Position numbers and translations under genes: made by a program. A DNA stretch of 41,003 bases from Streblomastix strix (lineage: Eukaryota), in the NCBI GenBank assembly GCA_008636045.1, contig SNRW01000020.1, positions 1 to 41,003 of the forward strand, read 5' to 3'. Below, piece by piece: positions 23,185 through 41,003 of the stretch. The notes beneath the pieces are model-generated. The model did no database searches. It was not told where the DNA came from and was given only the letters and a program-made list of their open reading frames with translations. Within the stretch, counting starts at the first letter, position 1; each line of letters starts with the position of its first letter.

Positions 23185-24739
23185 TCATGAAGAATGTTTG
23201 GGGTAACAATGAAACCATATTTATTATAATCAATTTATCCACGTTTTGTCTATTTCATCAATTTGTACAATTTCCTCGGACTAATGGAATCGTACCTATG
23301 TATGTGCTTCCGCTCTAGGCAAAATCGCATATTGACGGAAATTGTTTAAAAATCGCGGGTAAATTGATTATAATAAATATGATTTTGAACTTCCTTCAAA
23401 CTTCTTCATTCTATGCTACTAAGATACCATTAGTTAATGAAGATAGAAAAACTCTCATTTTTTTTTCTTCATATTTTTTGAATCAATTTAAAAAATATTA
23501 TTTTTATTACAATGACAATTAGGTTGCCCCACTATAATTCCTATTGCAATTTGACATCCCCAATTTTATACATATTTATTATCTAAATATTTAATCATTA
23601 ATGAAATTTTATTCTCAATTTAATAATTATCTTCATATTCATATTCATATCCATATCCATTTATATTAATCTTTAATTCGTTAACTATATCATTTGTGTC
23701 TTGATTCAATACAGAGATGTTTGAAATTAAAATTTTTGTGCATAATTCAATCAACTTATTCCATTATCCTTTTATTTTCATTAATGGTAAGCAAATTAAG
23801 ATTAATTATTCTTATTTATCAGTGATTATTTTTTATTTATCTTTTTCTTGGTTATTTAAAATTTATTATAATATTAATTCTACTTAATTTAATAATTTGG
23901 ATGCTTTTATTTCATTGAGAAGAGTTTGTTAGCATTCATAAACTGCTCCATTATATACTGCATATATATCAAAAATTTATTTTTCTATAATTTCTATAAT
24001 ATTCAGTAAAACATGTTCAATTGGAGCTGGTAAATCATTTAAATTAATTTTTATATTATTAAATGTCTTAGAACTAAATTCAATTAATAATTAAAATATA
24101 TTATCATTCTAATATTATAAGAATAATTTGTTTAGCATTTTTATTATTACTATAAAAAGTTGTTTAACTTAATGGATCGAGTAAAGTTCGTCTGTTTAAG
24201 GTGAAAATGTGCGATTTTCATTACGCTTCTTCTTTCACAACAAATTCTTCAAGTTTTTTATTAGAATCTCTAAGATTATTAAAATTTTCTTCTCCAAAGC
24301 TCTCTACAACTCCTTCTAAACTACGACAACTATCAAGCAATTTCAGAACACTGTTATAATTCGCCCCTATGCTTATTATTGCTAATGCTAATGGTATTTG
24401 ATCACATTCTTTAGTAGGCCATTATACGCTCACTCTACTATGGGTGTTTTTCAGGTTTATACTAACTGTATTTGCAAATCCAGCAATTACTGCATATTAG
24501 CCAATATCAAATGATGTTGATCCACTTTTCATTTTTTGTTTGATCAATGTCCTAATGCACAAAGATAGGTTGGACGCTCCCTCATAAACAGGTTTCAGAT
24601 TAATTTTTGCTCTTTCCTATCTTTCTTTTAAAAGCTCAAGAATGTGATTCATATCTTCTGGTTAAATATCATCATCATCTTCTTCTTCAGTGCTATTATG
24701 ATCTTCATCACTAATATCACCGTATTCTATATTTAACAT
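23185..24739 (-). pseudogene. Intronless unknown gene with two frameshifts and a nonsense codon
   Basis: MLNIEYGDISDEDHNSTEEEDDDDIQPEDMNHILELLKERQ...; frame changes near 24230 and 23460; ends IWFHCYPKHSS-TGA. Confidence 0.6.
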
Positions 24740-25415
24740 TGTAGAAAGTTCTGTAATTTAAGAATAAGAAAATATAAAGTAATTTAAAAAAATACAGTTG
24801 AAATTTGAAACTAAATTAATTGACTATTATATAGTACGCAAATATTGAAGTGTAATGTTGAGTATAATCGAATATTTGTAGAATATAATATGTTAGAATG
24901 AGCAGAGCAAGAAAAATAAGAAATTCTAATTTTTTCATAAAATGACACGTTAATTGTTAATAATTAATGGAGAGTATATCTGTATTTGATAATAAAATTG
25001 TTTTATGCTTAAATAATGATTTATTTTGTAAAGATTTGGTGATAAATTTTTTTCGGCTTTTTATTGGGGTAAATATATTTAATTTGAACTGTCTTCAATT
25101 ATTATTGAAATTGAATTTTTTGACTTTTAATAGACATTATAAATAATTTTTATCTTAATTACCTATATATTCTCCATTTTAACCAATTTCCTACCTTCAA
25201 TTTCCTTGTATTGTTTTATATAATGAAAATACTTTTCATTCTTCCTAAATTTCATAAATATATTTTTTATTTATTTTAATTAGTTGTTTCAAATACAATT
25301 TATTTGTATATCATGACATGTCAAAAGAACAAACAGACCATACCATTAAGTTAGAAAAAGTACATTATTTGTAAATGTGTATGTAAATGAGTGTTTGTAC
25401 CAATGTTGAAAAGTT

Positions 25416-27532
25416 TCATTTAGGTTTATTGGGTGTTTCTGTTGCAGATTCACCTGACTTCTTTCCAGTAATAGAGACATTGACCAGAATTTTGCTACTG
25501 GACGACTGTACAACTTTGTTTTTACTCTAAGATGCATCTTATGGCTGAGTTTAACTCACTAATAACCCTTAGCTGGACTATGTAGTGCTTTTCTTCATTT
25601 ATATATTACTATTTATGCTATTAAGCGTTTCATTTTTCGCATTATTTGTATTGGAATCAAGTAAATACCCTCGTGAACCTTATGAACTGACCTTCTTCAG
25701 TTATTTGTTGCTAATGTTCAACTATTCTGAATTATTATTATTATTATTTGTATTGGAATCAAGTAAATACCCTCTTGAACCTTATGAACCACTCTTCTAA
25801 AGAACTTTAGTGTTACTTTGAGAATTACTTGGCTTAAGTACATAGGTGCTACTTGATTGTGTAATTTCGTTTTAATCTTCTTCTTCTTATTCTTATTCTT
25901 CTACAACCTGAACTTTACTGCCTTTTGATTTACTTTTCTTTAAATTTGATTATGAAGCAATAATTCGATTCTTTGAAGTATTTTTTTCTATTTACTAACT
26001 ATTTTCTTAATCTTTCTCATTGGATTCATCATTTTCCTACTCTTATTCTTATCCATTTTCTTGTTCTTGATTTTATTAACTTTATTCTTATTCATTTTCT
26101 TATTATTACTCTTATTCTTATTCATTCTCAATCCCTCTAACACACGCATCCTATCTCGGCGGTGAATCATCCATTGGAGGCAATATCTCTGATTGTACAA
26201 TGTATGGTTTTGTGGGAACAGGCTCATAGTTGCTGATTCCATTAGTGCTTCGTATTGATTATTATTATTATTATTATGATTATTATTAGTATGTTGTACG
26301 ATATGGAGAATTTTATGAGTGGGATAAAGATGTCTATTGATAGGAATTTTGTGGTGAGCTTTGAATTGCCTAGAAACGAAGCTGTGATTGAGATAGTAAT
26401 TGAGAAGAAGAACTTTGCGTTAAATTATTAGTTTATTAAGAATTTCGCTCAAATGAAAGGAATTGAAGTTGTCTTGGTTGGTGTGGAGATTCATTATCTG
26501 TTCTGGAAAAAGAAGAATTAGCTCTTGGATCAACATATCTTTATTTATATAGTGAATTAGGCGAGTTAATACTTGATCCATTATTCATATTCATATTCAT
26601 ATTCAAGTTTATATTTGTATTTGTGAGTGGCGATAAAGTTTATTTGTTTTGATTTGGTTTGTATAGTGGAGCTTGTTATGGACTCCATGGAGCCACACGC
26701 TGATTATAATTCGGTGATTACAATGAAGATTGATTTAGATTACTCTGACTATTACTATTCATATTAATTCTTCTCTAATTTATATTTACATTTATATTCT
26801 AGTTCATATCTGTATTTGCACTCATCATATCAGTTCCAGGTACATCTGGAGTTCCATCATTTGGTGCAGTTTGTCTCAACTGAGCTTTTATCGGAGTTTA
26901 TGACCTAGGTGGAGAAGTTGTAGTAGTGCCACTGTGGTTGTATCTTCGGATTTGATGTCCTTATCCATCATCTATTAATTAATATTCTTAAATTGTTGAT
27001 ACTGTTGCTGTTGATAGCTAGAGTTTAGTATTTGTTTGTAACGAGCGTTATTATTATTATTAGGCATTTATGATTGGAATGAAAATACTCCCTTCATAAA
27101 CTCGTTATTGAAGTTCTTGTGGGTAGTGTACAAGCTCAGGCCGATTCACAATCATCTCGTCATTAGTCGACCCACGAGTCAATTCATCCGGTTTCTGGGG
27201 TGAAAAGCTACTTGCAGTGATGTTCGCATGAAATGGCGATCTCTCTCTCTTTTCTGATGATGCAGAAACAACATTAAAGTTTGAAAGTGAAGAATTTTTC
27301 TTGGGTGTTGAATATGTTTGTGACGTGTTTATCGTTGTCTATAGGGTTCTGTTTCCTAGATTAGGTATCTGAGAATATAAAACTGTGCTCTTTGATAAAA
27401 TCGGGGATGTGCGATGTGGTGAAGTGGCTCTAGGGACGACGGGAGGAAGATTTCTAGAGTTAAAAAAAGATAGAATTAATAATTTAAAATGTTTAAGTTA
27501 AATTATTGTTCATACGTGCTTGGAACACTCAT
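25416..27532 (-). CDS. Ser/Pro/Asn/Gln-rich, likely disordered hypothetical protein (684 aa)
   Basis: 17-nt first exon, GT-AG intron 27454-27515, spliced length 2055 nt. Reads MSVPSTNLPPVVPRATSPHRTSP...TETPNKPK-TGA. Confidence 0.8.
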
Positions 27533-28202
27533 AAGTGAAGTTATCTGTATATAAAAAAGAAAAAAAAATAATAATAAATTCTTTGAGTAGAAAAATGGAT
27601 ATTTTCAGAATATTATTGTTAATTGAATAATTCATGGCGTTAATGAGATAAATACAAAAAATTATTTATATAAAGCATTAAAAAATAAAATATAAATATA
27701 AAAATATTTATTGATAAGAATTTAAATTAATATACACGGCATGCAAGAAGAAGTTTTATTGAAAGTTGGATTATGAAATACTTATGTTTTTATAATTAGA
27801 ATTATTCAAAAATATAACTGAAATAAAATCAATGTAGGTAGAATTAAATATATAAATAAAATTTAGAAGTCTAAGTGTTGATAAAAAAGTGAAAGAATTA
27901 TTTGGATCTTTTCAAAATATTTAAGTTCCTTTTTTTTACCTTTTATACTTAATATTTTCAATTAAAAAGTCTATAAATTTTTATTAAAATAAATTTATAT
28001 TTATTTAAAGAAATACAGTAAATCTTAATTTAATTAGAGACACGAGGTCAATCAGCAATCCCTTTGTCAGCCTCGACAAGCTGTTTTTGTCAATCTTGAC
28101 ATACCTATAGTATTTATTTATATATTTAATGTCAAAAAACAAAAAGTGAGTGAAATTGCTTTTTAAAAATGTATAGTAAAATTTGTATAAAATTAAAATC
28201 GG

Positions 28203-31091
28203 ATGTCACGTATATGTGCGAACTGCTTATAGGAAATACAGCATAATTATGAAACGCACATAATATTCTGTGCTCGAAACATTATTCGATGTCCCAAATG
28301 CAATGAACCAGTGTAGAGAGCAGCATGACTCAATTTCATTTTTCATTTTTCATTTTTATGTCTATGTTTGTTTTTTAGGATTTAGACAGACACTTGAATA
28401 CTGTTCATTTGAATGTATCTGTCAATTTTGAATTATTATATTTTTAAATTACCTTTTAAACATTTTGCAAAATGCCACGAAAATTTTCTGATATTATTTT
28501 AGGTTAAATGTCCTTAATGCGATAGATTAATTGATAATAGTATTCTATAAAAGCATATGACGGATGATTGTACGTCCAGAGTACTTGGTCAATGCCCTTA
28601 TTGTGAGATAGACCTTTTCCCACACACCCCTGAAAGTCTGCTTTGTTTTAATATCTTTTTGATGCTATCATATTTTAACATTCTATTTTTTTTTACTCCA
28701 CCTTTTTCATAGATCATGTTGAAGATTGCGGGAATCGCACAGACGAATGCTCCATTTGCCACAAACGAGTTCATATTAAAAGTACAATCATATTTATATA
28801 TTATTTTTATATTTGTTTTATTTTCTCAATTTAATTATTTTTTCACTTAAGATATGATGAAGCATGTATATTCATCCTGCATAGATCATGTTATTTAGAC
28901 TGCTTAAACTGCTACATCAGCGTCAAAAAGCGCAGAAAATCTTGTAGATTTTATCAGAGCAGTTGCACATGGTTTATTTTCATAATTAATTATATTAATT
29001 TTCCCATAAATTTTGTAATATATACCATATTTATAATATTATATTTTAATAGGGAACTTTTTCGGCAGTACTGCAGATGGACGAATCTACAGTGACCCAA
29101 CAACAGCAGCAAAAGCAGCAACTTCAGCTCGAATTGATTCTTCAAGATCAAAATTAGATTAGAATTACTCTTCAAATTTTGATTAGAATCAATCGTCATA
29201 TCATGTTGATCTAACTGAAGATAGCTCTGATGATGATAATTATAATGGTATATCTTCTAAGAATGAATAAACTTCTTCCTCTGCATCTACTAAAGCCAAA
29301 TAAACATCTGCTAGTAAAGTTTCATTAGCAAATTAAATTTTAAACTAACATTCAATATAAAAAAGCAATTCTAGAGTTACACCACCTATTACTGTTCAAA
29401 CAGTTGGAAATCCACCAAGAATAACATCCACATCATCATCTTCATCTTCATCATCTGGTTTAAATCAATAATAATCATCATCTTCTTCTTCATTACTTTC
29501 TTCTTAATAATAATAATAACAATCAGGTATTTCTGCATCTTCATATTCTTCACCTTTTGTTTCTTCATCAACTTTTGTTTCTCCATCATTTACTGCATAA
29601 TCTTATTCTTCACCCGATCAATCATTTTCATTTATCACTTCCAATTCAACTAATGGAATAAATTAGAATTAGAACTAATCTTAATCTTAATAATAATCAT
29701 AATAATAATTGCAATAAACAAAACAGACAAATATTCCTTTTGTTTCTACTAAGATTTAGAATACTGCATAATCTCGAAATTTGGGACGAAATGATTCAAA
29801 TTCTACTAGCATTTCATCACGTCCAAAACCAACATAATCTCACACTGTACAATAATAATCTTCTTAATTTATTATCTCAGCTTCATCATCATCATCATCT
29901 ACTTAATAATAATAACAGTAAAGATCATCAATTCAATAAGGTCCGCATTTATATAGAGGGTAACCAGTGCTATATCAATGTCCATGTTGTAAGGATTCTA
30001 TCTTTGTTGAAAAAGATGAATGTTTAGATCACATGTTTTATGCTGCACAAGAATTGATTGAAGAGAAAAATAAATAAGAAAATAATTCAAATTCAAATTC
30101 AAATAATATTAATAAAAATAAAAGTGCGATGGAAAAAGATATAAAAAAAGAATCAAATTCAAACAAATGTGAAAAGGGAGATTTGATTATGGATTATTTA
30201 GATGTGTTTCTTACTAGTTTGTTATCATCGACTAATCCATTATCAACAAATTAGTAACAATAATAACATTAAACAATAATAAATCCAACCCCTTAATAAA
30301 TAAGATCAGCACTTCCAAAACCGAAACCGTTTATTTTTGCAGAAGAAGATGAAGATTATAGTGATGATGATAATATATAAATAGATAATGATGAAGAATA
30401 AGAAGAATAAAATGATGATAATGATGATGATAAATAAATGAAGATGGATATTGATGTTATTAGAGATGAAGAAAAAAATAATGAATAATCAGAAATTTAG
30501 AATGAAACTAATTAGTTATTATAATAAAGAAGAAGAAGAATAAGATAATAATAATAGAATCGTAGGAATAGAGAACCAGATAGAAAGATCTTCCTTACAC
30601 GTGATCCTGCTGAATATGAAAGTATATTATAGAGATAGACATCTAGTATTAGCGCTCCTATATAGAATGCTATTAGACCTAAATAATAATAATAATAATA
30701 AGTAAATACAACTACTGCACCAATTACATCATTTTTATCATAAAATTTGTTTTCTGTGAATAATTTTGATTTAAATGATGAAGATGATGAAGATGATGAT
30801 ATTGTTTATGTAGGAAGAAGTAATACATATAATAATTAAAATAATAATCAAAATAATAATCAAAATAATAATCAAAATAATAATTAAAATAACAATAATA
30901 ATGGTTTAGCTAAAATATTTGAAAATAATAATGATAACAATAATGATACAAATGGTAATCATAACAATGATAATGATAATGATAACGAAAATATTTTTTT
31001 GAGATAATTAAACGATAATAGATAAAATATAAATAATAGAAATAATAATAATAACAATAATAATAACAACAACAACAATAATAATAATAAC

Positions 31092-31147
<56 letters not shown>

Positions 31148-31979
31148 CAATTATAGTCATAATTTCATGCATTACATCCCTCAATCTTCATCTTCATCAT
31201 CATCAACTTATGTAACTCCTTCACTTACAGCTATATTACAATCTTTATCATCGCATAATCAATCTAATACAAGTTCAAAATCAAATGCAAGTTCAATATA
31301 AAATTCAAAATCAATATCAAATTCAAATTCAATATCTCATTTACCACCAACTTCATCTATTCAACCAAAACCAGCTTCATATCAAAGTTTCTTAGATAAC
31401 GCAGTTGTGCATCGACCAAAGAATATGCAAATTCACATTCAACCAAAATAGGATACTAATTCTCGTTCTAGTACAAAACAAGAATAAACTTCTAAATAAC
31501 ACACATCTGATAATATTATTGATATTACATCTGAATCAAATATTACTTCATCCAATTCAAATTCATCTAATACACATGAACCAAGTCGTTCTTCTCTGTC
31601 ATCAATTCTGAGTCGCGATCCAAAACCTTTTGCTAAACCTCCTACTACAGCTTAGATGAATACAAATAATAATAATAATAATACATAACAATCATCTTCA
31701 AATTCAAGATCAGATCTTAATACAGAAATGAATCAAAATTCTCTCTTTGCATAATTAATCAGTTTGTAATAATAGGTAGAATAAGGGAATTAAACATAAT
31801 CATAATCGTAATAACTTCCTCCACTTAAAAAAGAAGAATAACTTCTCTTATAATAATTACGCCAACCTCGTAGACAGCGTAAAAACGAAGAAAGTTTGCC
31901 GGAACCAATAATAAAATCAGTTCCAACGTCTGCTAAAAGTCCACAAATTGTAGTTGAAGTACCTGAACCTCTACAGTGA
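28203..31979 (+). CDS. TRAF-type zinc finger protein (XAF1/TRAFD1-like N-terminus) with long low-complexity C-terminus
   Basis: CANC..HIIFC, CPKC..H..H, CPQC..HMTDDC, CPYC..HVEDC, CSIC..H...C across 5 introns. An extra CPCC..H motif lies near 29975. TGA at 31977-31979; an additional 3' intron is possible. Confidence 0.82.
31043..31150 (+). repeat. (AAT/AAC)n poly-Asn tract in the zinc-finger gene
   Basis: In-frame aat/aac run. Confidence 0.9.
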
Positions 31980-32558
31980 GTTTGAAATTATATACACTTC
32001 ATTAGGTTTTATATCTTGTTTATGAATAAATTTTATAATATTTATAGATTATTAGTAAATTACATTTTTCTTCAGTATTCTGAATTTATAACACGCATTC
32101 TATTTATAAGAAATATCTGAAAAATATAATTTTGCATGTTTTTATATCAATATTTCTAAATACATCTACTATTTCGGCATACGAACATGAAATATAAAAA
32201 CTTGAAATATCTCACAAATAATAGTTATTAAACACATTTTTAAATTTAAATTTAAATTAATTTGTTTTTATACAAAATATTAATATCTAAAATAGCTAAT
32301 TTAATATCTTTTTCATCCTTCAATTAATAGACTAATTTCTTCATTAAAAGCTGTTCATTTGTTCATGATTTACTGTTATAAACAATTATTTTTTTTATAA
32401 AATTTTATTTAAATATCATTATAATTTAACTTTTTTAGCGATTTTAAAAATAAAATAATTGCTTTATTTTTATTTATCAAAATTTTTTTTATTCTTTTTT
32501 TTTCAGTTTTTTGAATAATTTTATTTTATAATCAATTATTTTTTTAGAATACGCACAA

Positions 32559-33665
32559 ATGCTGATATTTTTAATTCTCATCTAGTGTTTAATAAACGCC
32601 CAAGAGAAGAATGACAATGAGAATGAGAGCCCGACATAAGAACCTCACATTCTCCAAGTCCTTGAAATAACTGATCTAAATATCGAAACATGCAAAAGAC
32701 CCATCAAGAAATACGATGAAGTAGAGATCCAATACACACTCTCCGAGTACCCATCGCTCAAAATTATTGAGAAAACCAACATAAATGAAAGTTACTAATT
32801 CCGTGTGGGTTACAAACACCAAATTGAAGGAATTGAAACTGGTCTTATTGGTTTATGCATCGGATCTACTCGTAAGCTACTCATTCCAGCTAGACTTGGA
32901 TATGGAGTTTTTGGATCTGCTGATGGGAAACAAGTTAAATAGCAGCAGTAACTATAGCTTGAATTTAAAGTGATAGATTTTGAACCCAGGAATAAAAGCA
33001 CTTAATATATCAATAAATTGGAAGGAATACGAAGAGCTGAGATTATTCAGAGATAGGATGAAATTCTTTAAAAGAAGAAAATATAGAAAGAGTTGTAGAA
33101 GAAGGACATTTCATTATAATAAGTTGAACAGGAGATTATTACTGAATAAATAGTAATTCTTGGAAAATCGATAAAACAAGCAGATTTCCTGAAGAATTTG
33201 AATACATCTTAAAATGAAATTTCTGAATCAGAAACTGAAAGTGATGATACATCTGATGAAGAGAAGAAGAAAATTATCAGATAAAAAAGAATTGATAAGA
33301 AAAATGAGCGTAAATAAGGGAATTTACAAGATCACGAATCTCAGATCAATTACAAGAAAGTCCAATGTGTTCTGAAGTTTGAAAAGGACTATTAAAGCAA
33401 AGATAATAAAGATACCACCAACAATAGCAGCAAACAATCCAATGTTGATATACTATGGGATTAAGCACTTTCCTAATGCAATGTGCATGTAAATAAACCT
33501 TTACCGATTCCTACTACTGCAAAAGAGAGGAATTAGAAAGCTCGCCCTAATAGTAATATTAATAGGAAACAGAATGCAATCAATGTGAACAATAATTAAT
33601 TTGATCTCGATAAGTACACCACAATTATGCCGGATGGAAGCAGAGTGATTAATATGAATGTATGA
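32559..33665 (+). CDS. FKBP-type peptidyl-prolyl isomerase-like protein with signal peptide and charged C-terminal extension (368 aa)
   Basis: MLIFLILIQCLINA leader; C...DEVEIQY...FRVG...IEGIETGLIGLCIGSTRKLLIPARLGYG...LEFKVIDF. Intronless, 1107 nt from ATG to TGA. Confidence 0.88.
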
Positions 33666-33848
33666 ATGTATATTTAAGAAACGATTGATAGAGATTATGT
33701 GATAATATTTATTATTTTATAATTTAAGTTTTTGAATACCAATTTGTTTATTTAATTTGGATTGCGTTGTTATTTTTATTCAGTTTGGTCCAGAAGACAT
33801 GAATGGCTAGAACAATATCGAAATTTGATATATTTTCTCAAATGATGG

Positions 33849-41003
<7,155 letters not shown>

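Noticed and set aside
30959..31150. Poly-Leu ORF from the ORF track
   Set aside because: It is the antisense reading of the poly-Asn microsatellite in the zinc-finger gene.

Overview
Very AT-rich eukaryotic (protist) genomic DNA that uses a variant nuclear code: TAA/TAG = Gln, with TGA as the stop (translation table 6 type). This is why the standard-code ORF track is nearly empty. Short GT-AG introns, the code and the low-complexity gene style suggest an oxymonad such as Streblomastix; that is inference, since ciliates and some other lineages share the code. Host genes read by eye: a DRC3/LRRC48-like LRR gene (-), a histidine-phosphatase/phosphoglycerate-mutase family gene (+), a degenerate unknown gene (-), a Ser/Pro/Gln-rich protein (-), a TRAF-type zinc-finger protein (+), a secretory FKBP (+) and a giant low-complexity protein with a dispersed SPRY-like domain (+). 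The main feature is a ~17 kb decayed endogenous Polinton/Maverick-like DNA virus (~5.84-22.8 kb), intronless and written in the host code. It encodes an rve integrase, a protein-primed PolB with an inserted HNH-like module, a truncated packaging ATPase, putative major and minor capsid proteins, two fibre-like proteins and a small MG-start amphipathic peptide. Its only clear long inverted repeat is internal (7683-8096) rather than terminal. All translations and alignments were done by hand, and coordinates of degenerate ORFs are approximate.
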